Positions 16,001-30,280 are shown, numbered from the stretch's first letter. The stretch is 64,000 nucleotides of DNA from Eledone cirrhosa (GCA_964016885.1 OZ024740.1:426560001-426624000), one strand, 5' to 3'. The notes: a model not told the origin generated them from the sequence alone. Program-made: numbers and translations.

Positions 16001-19000
16001 ATATTACAACACTACAACCACAACAACAACCACAACACCAACCTTACCTCAAGTAATATTACAACACTACAACCACTACAACAACCACAACAACAACCTT
16101 ACCACAAGTAATATTACAACCACAACAACAACCACAACACCAACCTTACCACAAGTAATATTACAACACTACAACCACTACAACAACCACAACACCAACC
16201 TTACCACAAGTAATATTACAACACTACAACCACTACAACAACCACAACAACAACCTTACCACAAGTAATATTACAACACTACAACAACCACAACACCAAC
16301 CTTACCACAAGTAATATTACAACACTACAACCACTACAACAACCACAACACCAACCTTACCTCAAGTAATATTACAACACTACAACCACTACAACAACCA
16401 CAACACCAACCTTACCTCAAGTAATATTACAACACCACAACCACTACAACAACCACAACACCAACCTTACCTCAAGTAATATTACAACACTACAACCACT
16501 ACAACAACCACAACACCAACCTTACCACAAGTAATATTACAACACTACAACCACTACAACAACCACAACAGCAACCTTACCACAAGTAATATTACAACAC
16601 TACAACCACAACACCAACCACAACGCCAACCTTCCCACAAGTAATATTACAACACTACAACCACAACAACAACCACAACAACAACCTTACCACAAGTAAT
16701 ATTACAAACCACAACCACAACACCAACCACAACGCCAACCTTACCTCAAGTAATATTACAACACTACAACCACAACAACAACCACAACACCAACCTTACC
16801 TCAAGCAATATTACAACACCACAACCACTACAACAACAACCACAACACCAACCTTACCTCAAGTAATATTACAACACTACAACCACAACACCAACCACAA
16901 CGCCAACCTTCCCACTAGTAATATTACAACACTACAACCACAACACCAACCTTACCACAAGTAATATTACAACACCACAACCACTACAACAACCACAACA
17001 CCAACCTTACCTCAAGTAATATTACAACACTACAACCACAACAACCACAACAACAACCTTACCACAAGTAATATTACAACACTACAACCACAACAACAAC
17101 CACAACAACAACCTTACCACAAGTAATATTACAACACTACAACCACAACAACAACCACAACAACAACCTTACCACAAGTAATATTACAACACTACAACCA
17201 CAACAACAACCACAACAACAACCTTACCACAAGTAATATTACAACACTACAACCACAACAACAACCACAACACCAACCTTCCCACAAGTAATATTACAAC
17301 ACTACAACCACTACAACAACCACAACACCAACCTTACCACAAGTAATATTACAACACTACAACCACAACAACAACCACAACACCAACCTTACCACAAGTA
17401 ATATTACAACACCACAACCACTACAACAACCACAACACCAACCTTACCACAAGTAATATTACAACACTACAACCACAACAACAACCACAACACCAACCTT
17501 ACCTCAAGTAATATTACAACACTACAACCACTACAACAACCACAACACCAACCTTACCTCAAGTAATATTACAACACTACAACCACTACAACAACCACAA
17601 CACCAACCTTACCACAAGTAATATTACAACACTACAACCACAACAACAACCACAACACCAACCTTACCACAAGTAATATTACAACACTACAACCACTACA
17701 ACAACCACAACACCAACCTTACCACAAGTAATATTACAACACTACAACCACAACAACAACCACAACACCAACCTTACCACAAGTAATATTACAACACTAC
17801 AACCACAACAACAACCACAACACCAACCTTACCTCAAGTAATATTACAACACTACAACCACTACAACAACCACAACACCAACCTTACCTCAAGTAATATT
17901 ACAACACTACAACCACTACAACAACCACAACACCAACCTTACCTCAAGTAATATTACAACACTACAACCACAACAACAACCACAACAACAACCTTACCAC
18001 AAGTAATATTACAACACTACAACCACAACAACAACCACAACACCAACCTTACCACAAGTAATATTACAACACTACAACCACTACAACCACTACAACCACA
18101 ACAACAACCACAACACCAACCTTCCCACAAGTAATATTACAACACTACAACCACAACAACAACCACAACAACAACCTTACCACAAGTAATATTACAACAC
18201 TACAACCACAACAACAACCACAACACCAACCTTACCACAAGTAATATTACAACACTACAACCACTACAACCACTACAACCACAACAACAACCACAACACC
18301 AACCTTCCCACAAGTAATATTACAACACTACAACCAGAACAACAACCACAACAACAACCTTACCACAAGTAATATTACAACACTACAACCACAACAACAA
18401 CCACAACACCAACCTTACCACAAGTAATATTACAACACTACAACCACTACAACCACTACAACCACAACAACAACCACAACACCAACCTTACCACAAGTAA
18501 TATTACAACACTACAACCACTACAACCACTACAACCACAACAACAACCACAACACCAACCTTCCCACAAGTAATATTACAACACTACAACCACTACAACA
18601 ACCACAACACCAACCATCCCACAAGTAATATTACAACACTACAACCACAACAACAACCACTACAACAACCACAACACCAACCTTACCACAAGTAATATTA
18701 CAACACCACAACCACTACAACAACCACAACACCAACCTTACCACAAGTAATATTACAACACTACAACCACTACAACAACCACAACAACAACCTTACCACA
18801 AGTAATATTACAACACTACAACCACTACTACAACCACAACACCAACCATCCCACAAGTAATATTACAACACTACAACCACTACAACAACCACAACACCAA
18901 CCATCCCACAAGTAATATTACAACACTACAACCACTACTACAACCACAACACCAACCATCCCACAAGTAATATTACAACACTACAACCACTACAACAACC

Positions 19001-22000
19001 ACAACACCAACCTTACCACAAGTAATATTACAACACTACAACCACTACAACAACCACAACACCAACCATCCCACAAGTAATATTACAACACTACAACCAC
19101 TACAACAACCACAACACCAACCATCCCACAAGTAATATTACAACACTACAACCACTACAACAACCACAACACCAACCATCCCACAAGTAATATTACAACA
19201 CTACAACCACTACTACAACCACAACACCAACCATCCCACAAGTAATATTACAACACTACAACCACTACAACAACCACAACACCAACCATCCCACAAGTAA
19301 TATTACAACACTACAACCACTACAACAACCACAACACCAACCATCCCACAAGTAATATTACAACACTACAACCACTACTACAACCACAACACCAACCATC
19401 CCACAAGTAATATTACAACACTACAACCACTACAACAACCACAACACCAACCATCCCACAAGTAATATTACAACACTACAACCACTACAACAACCACAAC
19501 ACCAACCTTCCCACAAGTAATATTACAACACTACAACCACTACAACAACCACAACACCAACCTTCCCACAAGTAATATTACAACACTACAACCACTACAA
19601 CAACCACAACACCAACCTTACCACAAGTAATATTACAACACTACAACCACAACAACAACCACAACACCAACCTTACCTCAAGTAATATTACAACACCACA
19701 ACCACTACAACAACCACAACACCAACCTTCCCACAAGTAATATTACAACACTACAACCACAACAACAACCACAACACCAACCTTACCACAAGTAATATTA
19801 CAACACGACAACCACAACAACAACCACAACACCAACCATCCCACAAGTAATATTACAACACTACAACCACAACAACAACCACAACACCAACCTTACCACA
19901 AGTAATATTACAACACTACAACCACTACAACCACTACAACCACAACAACAACCACAACACCAACCTTCCCACAAGTAATATTACAACACTACAACCACTA
20001 CAACAACCACAACACCAACCTTACCACAAGTAATATTACAACACTACAACCACAACAACAACCACAACACCAACCATCCCACAAGTAATATTACAACACT
20101 ACAACCACAACAACAACCACTACAACAACCACAACACCAACCTTACCACAAGTAATATTACAACACTACAACCACAACACTACAACCACTACAACAACCA
20201 CAACACCAACCATCCCACAAGTAATATTACAACACTACAACCACTACAACCACTACAACCACAACAACAACCACAACACCAACCTTCCCACAAGTAATAT
20301 TACAACACTACAACCACTACAACAACCACAACACCAACCATCCCACAAGTAATATTACAACACTACAACCACAACAACAACCACTACAACAACCACAACA
20401 CCAACCTTACCACAAGTAATATTACAACACCACAACCACTACAACAACCACAACACCAACCTTACCACAAGTAATATTACAACACTACAACCACTACAAC
20501 AACCACAACACCAACCATCCCACAAGTAATATTACAACACTACAACCACAACAACAACCACAACAACAACCTTACCTCAAGTAATATTACAACACTACAA
20601 CCACAACAACAACCACAACAACAACCTTACCACAAGTAATATTACAACACTACAACCACTACTACAACCACAACACCAACCATCCCACAAGTAATATTAC
20701 AACACTACAACCACTACAACAACCACAACACCAACCATCCCACAAGTAATATTACAACACTACAACCACTACAACAACCACAACAACAACCTTACCACAA
20801 GTAATATTACAACACTACAACCACTACTACAACCACAACACCAACCATCCCACAAGTAATATTACAACACTACAACCACTACTACAACCACAACACCAAC
20901 CATCCCACAAGTAATATTACAACACTACAACCACTACAACAACCACAACACCAACCATCCCACAAGTAATATTACAACACTACAACCACTACAACAACCA
21001 CAACACCAACCATCCCACAAGTAATATTACAACACTACAACCACTACTACAACCACAACACCAACCATCCCACAAGTAATATTACAACACTACAACCACT
21101 ACAACAACCACAACACCAACCTTACCACAAGTAATATTACAACACTACAACCACAACAACAACCTTCCCACAAGTAATATTACAACACTACAACCACTAC
21201 AACAACCACAACACCAACCTTACCACAAGTAATATTACAACACTACAACCACAACACCAACCTTACCACAAGTAATATTACAACACTACAACCACTACTA
21301 CAACCACAACACCAACCTTACCACAAGTAATATTACAACACTACAACCACAACAACAACCACAACACCAACCATCCCACAAGTAATATTACAACACTACA
21401 ACCACAACAACAACCACAACACCAACCTTACCACAAGTAATATTACAACACTACAACCACTACAACCACTACAACCACAACAACAACCACAACACCAACC
21501 TTCCCACAAGTAATATTACAACACTACAACCACTACAACAACCACAACACCAACCTTACCTCAAGTAATATTACAACACTACAACCACAACAACAACCAC
21601 AACACCAACCATCCCACAAGTAATATTACAACACTACAACCACAACAACAACCACTACAACAACCACAACACCAACCTTACCACAAGTAATATTACAACA
21701 CTACAACCACAACAACAACCACTACAACAACCACAACACCAACCATCCCACAAGTAATATTACAACACTACAACCACAACAACAACCACTACAACAACCA
21801 CAACAACAACCTTACCACAAGTAATATTACAACACTACAACCACTACAACAACCACAACACCAACCATCCCACAAGTAATATTACAACACTACAACCACA
21901 ACAACAACCACTACAACAACCACAACACCAACCTTACCTCAAGTAATATTACAACACCACAACCACTACAACAACCACAACACCAACCTTACCACAAGTA

Positions 22001-23100
22001 ATATTACAACCACTACAACAACCACAACACCAACCTTACCTCAAGTAATATTACAACACCACAACCACTACAACAACCACAACACCAACCTTACCACAAG
22101 TAATATTACAACCACTACAACAACCACAACACCAACCTTACCTCAAGTAATATTACAACACCACAACCACTACAACAACCACAACACCAACCTTACCACA
22201 AGTAATATTACAACCACTACAACAACCACAACACCAACCTTACCACAAGTAATATTACAACACCACAACCACTACAACAACCACAACACCAACCTTACCA
22301 CAAGTAATATTACAACACCACAACCACTACAACAACCACAACACCAACCTTACCACAAGTAATATTACAACACTACAACCACAACAACAACCACAACACC
22401 AACCATCCCACAAGTAATATTAGAACACCACAACCACTACAACAACCACAACAACAACCTTACCACAAGTAATATTACAACACTACAACCACTACAACAA
22501 CCACAACACCAACCATCCCACAAGTAATATTAGAACACCACAACCACTACAACAACCACAACACCAACCATCCCACAAGTAATATTACAACACCACAACC
22601 ACTACAACAACCACAACACCAACCATCCCACAAGTAATATTACAACACTACAACCACTACAACAACCACAACACCAACCATCCCACAAGTAATATTAGAA
22701 CACTACAACCACTACAACAACCACAACACCAACCTTCCCACAAGTAATATTACAACACTACAACCACTACAACAACCACAACACCAACCATCCCACAAGT
22801 AATATTACAACAATACAACCTCTGCCGCAACCACTACAACAACCTTCCCACAAGTAATATTACAACACCACAACCACTACAACAACCTTACCACAAGTAA
22901 TATTACAACACCACAACCACAACACCAACCACAACACCAACCTTACCACAAGTAATATTACAACACCACAACCACTACAACAACCTTACCACAAGTAATA
23001 TTATAACACCACAACCACAACACCAACCACAACACCAACCTTACCACAAGTAATATTACAACAATACAACCTCTGCCGCAACCACTACAACAACCACAAC
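1020..23100. repeat. ~22-kb tandem satellite, modal unit 55 bp (variants 46/58/64 bp)
   Basis: Unit ACCTTACCACAAGTAATATTACAACACTACAACCACTACAACAACCACAACACCA repeats without interruption (roughly 400 copies by length estimate). Near-constant core AAGTAATATTACAAC, with variable numbers of 9-bp ACAACCAC(A/T) modules. Confidence 0.97.
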
Positions 23101-23719
23101 ACATTAACGAAAGCAATACAACAACCATTACAACCACAACGACCAGAAATGCCATGACACTACTAGACCTACTACTACCACACAAACTACAAGGAAGATA
23201 CACAACCAACACAACCACAACACAATTGTCAGCCACATCAACCCTCATCTCAGCAAGACACGTCACCAACCATAGCACCACAACCATTGCTACAACAATA
23301 GGGAAATATTGCCAATGAGACGCCATCCCAACAAAAAACATATAACACCGAACAATACTTCTATGAGAAAAACTAACACAACCACAGTATCATGACCAAC
23401 AACCACGGCAGCCTCTACGAAATAGTTTGCTAGTAATAGCAGCCAGGTTATCTTTTCTAGACATAATCTTAACATTTTGAGAGTGTCACCTCTGAAGGAC
23501 CTTCAATCGTGGTTCTACTCGAACTCGGCCTACCTGGAGCTAAACAACAATTAAAGGACATCCTCACTATAGCTACTAGACTACAGAAAACAAACCAAAT
23601 GCCAGTACTACAACCACAACAAACACCAACCCCGATACTACAATCTTCACTAGCTCTCCTCAAATTATATTCCCCTCACCCGAGCAATGAAGGTAATGGA
23701 GGTTGGATAGAAATATATG

Positions 23720-23945
23720 AGCTGGTGGTGGTGATGGTGTTAGTGGTGGTGGTGAGGGTTGGTGGTATTGGTGGTGGTGTGGTAGTGGTGGTGGTTGTGA
23801 TGGTGGTGATGGTAGTGGTGGTGGAGGCTGTGGTGGTGGTTGTGGTGATGGTGGTGGTGATGGTGGTTGTGGTGGTGGTGATGCTGGTGGTGGGGAGGGT
23901 TGGTGGCATTGGTGGTGGCGGTGGTTGTGGTGGGTGGGGGGTTAA
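23720..23945. repeat. (GGT)n-like low-complexity tract
   Basis: Degenerate GGT/GAT triplets. Confidence 0.9.
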
Positions 23946-24149
23946 GTTGCTGCTTGTAATGGAGAGCATTTTGGTGGGGTGGGCGGAAGTTGAGCGGCTG
24001 CGGGCAGTGGGAATAGAGAGGTGTGACATCGTTGGGACATGAAGAAGGCTCCACCGCAACCGAAAGGTTTCAATATCAGAAAATAACACACTGTACATGT
24101 GTGGAAATATACATTCTCCTTTGTCACTATACATATACACATGCGATCA

Positions 24150-24600
24150 TACACACACACGAGGACGCACACACGCACACACACACACACATATATGTAT
24201 ATATATATATATTGTTGAATATGTATATATATATGAGTGTGTGTGTGTTTGTGTGTGTATATAAATATACATATATATACATATATATATATGTATAAAT
24301 ATATATATATATATATACAAGTAGACACCTACATATATATGCGTATGTTTGTGTGTGTGTGCGTGTATCTTATTATGTACGTATTAATGTTTCTTTGTGC
24401 ATCATCTAATATGTATACGCGTGTTTGTACGGGAGTATGTGTGTACGTGTGTGTACGGGAGTATGTGTGTACGTGTGTGTATGGCAGTATGTGTGTACGT
24501 GTGTGTACGTGTGTGTACGGGAGTATGTGTGTGCCTGTATGTACGTGTGTGTAAGTGTATGGATATGTCAATGTTTGTGTATATCTGTGTGTGTACATGT
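24150..24600. repeat. (CA)/(TA)/(GT) microsatellite cluster with a short GTACGGGAGTATGTGTGTACGTGTGT minisatellite
   Basis: Directly visible dinucleotide tracts and tandem copies at ~24425-24530. Confidence 0.85.
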
Positions 24601-24657
24601 ACGTCCGTTCGCCATCTATTCCAGCGCCGTGCCATTAAAATCGACAGTGATATCAAA

Positions 24658-24808
24658 TAATGTGGCGAGGAGCAGGGTAGGCCAGGATAATGTGGTGGGG
24701 AGCAGGGTAGGCCAGGATAATGTGGTGGGGAGCAGGGTAGGCCAGGATAATGTGGTGGGGAGCAGGGTAGGCCAGGATAATGTGGCGGGAGCGGGGTAGG
24801 CCGGGGAT
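24658..24808. repeat. 30-bp G-rich minisatellite, ~5 copies
   Basis: TAATGTGGTGGGGAGCAGGGTAGGCCAGGA in tandem; central copies identical, terminal copies diverged. Confidence 0.95.
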
Positions 24809-24892
24809 ATTTCTCCTACCCCCACTTTAGCCATCCTAACTATATCTTATTTCTGTTCAACTATACCATCCTCTCTCCCACTCTAAACTTCC

Positions 24893-25075
24893 CACCCCCA
24901 CCCCCACCACTACCACCACCACCACGATCACCTCCATCATCACCAACACCACCACTACCCCCCACCACAACCACCACCAACATCAACACAACTACCACCA
25001 CCACCAACACCACCACCACCTCTACCACCACCACCACCACCAACACAAGTACCACCATAACCACCACCACCACCA
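24893..25075. repeat. (CCA)n-like tract
   Basis: Degenerate CCA triplets. Confidence 0.9.
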
Positions 25076-25475
25076 TTTAGCCGATTGTTCGACCACCATC
25101 ACCCCCCCCCCCTCCATTCGTTGCCGCGCTCAGGACCGCCTCATCCCCCAGATGCTGGCCATATCGAGTTTCACCTTGAGAAATTGGTGTATAGGTTCTC
25201 TCACCGGAAGTCACCACAACTGTCCAGGCTATATCTCTCTTTACAACTGTTCTATTTCAACGTCACACTATTAACAATAGACGACACACCACCTCCATCT
25301 CCCAACCTCCATCACCAACTCCATCTTTCTAGTGTTCATCTGGTTCTTCTTCCATCTTTTTTGTCTACGTCTTAAGTTTTGTCTTTCTTTTCTACTCTAT
25401 TGTCTTGCTGTGTTCCGTTAGTCTCATACACGCAAACACACACAGACACACACAACACACACAGACACATCCATA

Positions 25476-25522
<47 letters not shown>

Positions 25523-25929
25523 CACAACACCTACACACACAGACACATCCATACAACCACACACACACACACACACAACACAACACCTACACACACAGAC
25601 ACATCCATACAAACACACACACATATATACGACGGGCTTCTGCGCAGTTTACGTCTACCAGTTTCCATCCACAAGATGGTGGTAAAGAGGGACAATGTGT
25701 GAAAACATTGTATAATATGACACAAACTGACAATATTTTTGCTTATATATATGAATATATATTAATCACATGGTATATATGTATAGAGAGAGTTCGGCTC
25801 TAGCTGTCCAAACAGCAGTTGCTCAGTAGTCGGGGTCCTCAATTTGTTCATATATATATATTTTTTCATATATTTATATATATTATGGAATACTGTTGGC
25901 TTCTTGCTACAATACTTTCTATACCTTTC

Positions 25930-25982
<53 letters not shown>

Positions 25983-25985
<3 letters not shown>

Positions 25986-26177
25986 ATAATATTAAATTTG
26001 AAGACTAAAATCCAAAGAGGGCTCAATAAGGATAAATATATATCAAATATATAAGAACCGTAGAGCAAATATTTATTAAAATAACAGATTAAAGTTTAAG
26101 CAAAGAATCGCTGCTTTCACCCAAAGCATCTACTTCGGGTGAAAGCAGCGATTCTTTGCTTAAACTTTAATCTGTTA

Positions 26178-26184
<7 letters not shown>
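25983..26184. mobile_element. Fold-back insertion in (TA)n, probable Penelope-like pseudo-LTR fragment
   Basis: Near-perfect inverted repeat 26075-26184, with one arm extended to the left; (TA)n on both sides. Confidence 0.55.
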
Positions 26185-26232
<48 letters not shown>

Positions 26233-26234
<2 letters not shown>

Positions 26235-26461
26235 CAAAGGAATTGTGGTAAGGAACCAAATTGACCATAACGCACGAGAGTACTCAATACTTAAAGTAGT
26301 AGAGTGGGAAATAGGAAAACGTATGACCCCGACGGCAGAGCTCAAGCCGTTTCGACGGCTATTTCAGGACTAAATTAGAATTTCGTCCTCAAAATTCTAA
26401 TTTAGTCCTGAAATAGCCGTCGAAACGGCTTGAGTTCTGCCGTCGGGGTCATACGTTTTCC

Positions 26462-26464
<3 letters not shown>
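26233..26464. mobile_element. Fold-back insertion, family B
   Basis: Inverted repeat 26311-26464 (ATAGGAAAACGTATGACCCCGACGGCAGAGCTCAAGCCGTTTCGACGGCTATTTC...). Homologous to 35782-35973, 36560-36767 and 44140-44295; flanked by (TA)n. Confidence 0.7.
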
Positions 26465-26503
<39 letters not shown>

Positions 26504-26692
26504 CCATGTGTGTATGTTTGTATGTGTATCTATATATTTAAAAATCAGGATGAATTCAGTTTGAAACTAGTTAGACAATTCCTCACCAGCGTACTCGATA
26601 CTTGGGGTAGTAGAGTGTATATTAGAGGGAGTCGGACGATTGAGTACTGGCTATTGATGCAGCAAGAGCTCAACCATAGGTGTCCTGACTCT

Positions 26693-26730
<38 letters not shown>

Positions 26731-26791
26731 TATTGTAGTTTGGCTTATACATTCATGGTGTAATTTGTAGAAGATAGTGAAAGCTTTAAAG

Positions 26792-26863
<72 letters not shown>

Positions 26864-26879
26864 TATATATATATATATA

Positions 26880-27249
26880 TATTGTTATACTTGGGGAGGG
26901 TCATACTGTTGTAATAATAACAGAACACACTCACTGTTTGGTTGGTTTTCGCTTCTGTATCTTTTATATCTCCACAGTTAATTCATTTGGTTCTCAATGT
27001 TTATCATTGACTGACCAACGGTCAAAAATACAGATATAAACACATATATATAGTCTAACAAAGTTCTTTCGTTGACCATCTGCAACATCATCAGTGGTAC
27101 TATTATGTTCCTCCTGTTGTATTGTATGTCTAGGCCATTTTTATAATATCTGGCGATATTATTACAATATGACCCTCCCCAAGTATAACAATATATGTTT
27201 CGATACACGATTTCATATAAAAAACCTCGCAAAACAAATTCCTCGCCGT

Positions 27250-27258
<9 letters not shown>
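26880..27258 (-). mobile_element. Repeat family J insertion with short inverted end
   Basis: 27090-27258 is the reverse complement of 29215-29380. 26881-26915 is an inverted copy of ~27160-27192. Flanked by (TA)n. Confidence 0.6.
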
Positions 27259-27317
<59 letters not shown>

Positions 27318-27318
27318 C

Positions 27319-27648
<330 letters not shown>

Positions 27649-27656
27649 TTATATAA

Positions 27657-28250
27657 CGGCTGGTAACATGTATCCCAGTACAACCTGGCTCATGGTCGGG
27701 TCGTTGGCGACTAAACTGGCAACCCCACCAAGGTTTCTTGGTGAGGAGGGTAACTTTAGAAATCCTGCAGGACTAAAAACAAAAACTATCAAAAGGCAAA
27801 GGAGCTCTTAAGAGTCAATGGCCATCCAAAATCACCGGGAGAGATGACCCCTTAGCCTTTGCCAAGGCACAATTTTAGGAGAAGGAAAACTCTGATATTA
27901 CACCTGCAACCCTGATGGTATCCAATGATGTTGACTTGTTCTTCTTTTTGGTAAATATCATCTTGGTTAAAAGAGTGGGACTGGCTTTGTGCAATGCCTT
28001 TGCTAACTATAAAAGCTTCACGGCACAGGCATTGCTTTATATCTGGAGATCTCTCTGCACTTGTCGTCACATGATACCATGGGCCCAGCACTATGTTTCA
28101 ATAATTGTCACAAGTGTAGTTTTTGTACCAGAGTTTTCAAGTCGCTGGCTGGACTAAAAAGTCACACTCGTTCAGCGCATCGATAGGGGTTCTCCTACAT
28201 GGATATAAAGTAGTGGCCGTACTCGAAAAAGAGTTGGCAGCCACCATATG
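27657..28250 (+). mobile_element. Bipartite non-autonomous RTE-clade LINE derivative
   Basis: Contains an RTE 5'UTR-like motif (AGGAGAAGGAAAACTCTGA) and a 3' remnant 28106-28186 translating to CHKCSFCTRVFKSLAGLKSHTRSAHR*, a C2H2 finger like RTE ORF C-termini. No RT or endonuclease in between. Second copy at 58027-58575 (-). Confidence 0.65.
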
Positions 28251-28316
28251 CATATATAATATATATATATATATACACAGTTAAAAATTGCAAACTTGAC
28301 TGTCACTACACAATAA

Positions 28317-28353
28317 GAACCTGAAGATTGCGAAAGCATGAAAGTACTTGTTC
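28317..28353 (+). ncRNA. Minimal type I hammerhead ribozyme candidate
   Basis: GAAC-CTGAAGA-T TGC GAAA GCA T-GAAA-GTAC-TT-GTTC: stem I GAAC/GTTC, canonical core, GNRA-capped stem II, palindromic stem III (AGTACT). Confidence 0.7.
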
Positions 28354-28503
28354 AATTAACACTTAACATTTAATATTCAACCATACTATTTCATTCTAAT
28401 ACCATTATAAATTTTAAAGGATTGTAAATAAAACGAGTATATCAGACAAAGTTGGAATTCCTTTTATTAATATAATCTTCTATACACAATCATACACACC
28501 GTG

Positions 28504-28572
<69 letters not shown>

Positions 28573-28637
28573 CTGTCCAAAGGCTCTGAAACCATCAACA
28601 CTATACACACAGAGCTGGCATATCTAAGAACTGACTA

Positions 28638-28693
28638 ACTGCCTGATGAGGTCATAGCCATTCAATGGCTATCATCGAAATATATATAGCAGT
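28638..28693 (+). ncRNA. Type I hammerhead ribozyme candidate
   Basis: ACTGC-CTGATGA-GGTC ATAGCCATT C AATGGCTAT CATC-GAAA-TATATA-TA-GCAGT: stem I ACTGC/GCAGT, stem II hairpin, palindromic stem III. Confidence 0.75.
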
Positions 28694-28824
28694 AAATAAA
28701 GGATTATGAATTCATGCAATTGACTTATGTTTCGTCACTATTATAACTCCGGAACTTATATCTTCGTCGAGTGCTACCTATCTGCATACTGAAGTACTGG
28801 ATTTTACCAACACTTACTTTCTTG

Positions 28825-28879
<55 letters not shown>

Positions 28880-28884
28880 ATGTG

Positions 28885-28917
<33 letters not shown>

Positions 28918-28931
28918 ATATATATACACAT

Positions 28932-28977
<46 letters not shown>

Positions 28978-28981
28978 GCAT

Positions 28982-29186
<205 letters not shown>

Positions 29187-29214
29187 CAGATATAGATATA
29201 TAGACATATATGTA

Positions 29215-29380
29215 TTTATATAACGGCGATGAGTATGTTTGCGAGGTTTTTTTATATGAAGTCGTGAGTCGAAACAAATATTGTTATACTTGGGGAGGGT
29301 CAAATTGTTGTAATATTGCCAGATATAAAAATGGTGTAGACATACAATACAACAGGAGGGACATAATAGTACTGATGATG
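29215..29380 (+). mobile_element. Repeat family J fragment
   Basis: Reverse-complement homology to 27090-27258; ends at CTGATGATG running into a TA tract. Confidence 0.6.
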
Positions 29381-29588
29381 TATATATAGATACACACGCA
29401 GACACATATATATATATGTATATATATATATACATATATATATATCTGTATATATATCTGGCTAAGTTTGACTCAACAAGACGATTCCATAGTGATGCAG
29501 CGAGCGCGCGGTGATTTCTATGTATTTTATACTTGTAGTAATGATAAATCGGTTTGCTATACAATAAGGGCTTTACTTATATATACAT

Positions 29589-29647
<59 letters not shown>

Positions 29648-29729
29648 CATACAGATATATATCTTTATATTTATATATATTTATACAGATATATATATCT
29701 GTATATATTTATATACAGATATATATATA

Positions 29730-29787
<58 letters not shown>

Positions 29788-29873
29788 TGTAATAATATTA
29801 TTACATAACTATTAAGCTCTGTTACCTACACAGAGTACTCTTTTTTCCTGGACTTTTCCGACGGAATTACTTC

Positions 29874-29921
<48 letters not shown>

Positions 29922-29926
<5 letters not shown>

Positions 29927-30231
29927 AACAAAAGATGGTTAAAAGAGTTCCATGTATTTTATTATGCGCATTTCAAAAACAAATATCATCATGCAATAAT
30001 ATTTGTGTTTTCATCAGATAAAACAGGAAGATAAAACAGGAAGATCTGATGAAAACACAAATATTATTGCATGATGATATTTGTTTTTGAAATGCCCATA
30101 ATAAAATACATGGAACTCTTTTAACCATCTTTTGTTCTTATATATTATATTTACTCCAGTCCTACAAACTGTAGAGTGCTTCTTCTCCGATATCTGCATT
30201 GCTTTATTGTACTACAATAAAACTCACCTCC

Positions 30232-30235
<4 letters not shown>
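29922..30235. mobile_element. Fold-back insertion, family C, with hammerhead in each arm
   Basis: Inverted repeat ~29922-30141. Minus-strand hammerhead 29957-30023 (TTTTAT-CTGATGA...GAAA-TGCGCA-TA-ATAAAA); plus-strand core at 30046. Homologous to 37790-38248. Confidence 0.75.

Positions 30236-30280
<45 letters not shown>

Noticed and set aside
1020-23100. CRISPR-like array (constant palindromic repeat plus variable spacers)
   Set aside because: The 'spacers' are permutations of the same 9-bp modules rather than unique sequences. There are no cas genes and the context is eukaryotic.
1020-23100. Giant mucin-like or Gln/Thr-rich coding exon
   Set aside because: Unit lengths are 1 mod 3, so TAA stops occur in every frame on both strands; there is no long ORF.
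25085-25375. Possible exon in unique sequence between repeats
   Set aside because: Several frames and splice sites are equally plausible and none gives a recognisable peptide.
26311-26464. Family B as a MITE or a complete hammerhead
   Set aside because: Arms are asymmetric with variable fold-back points, unlike fixed TIRs. Only a GAAA/stem III-like half is visible and no canonical CUGANGA is present in these copies.
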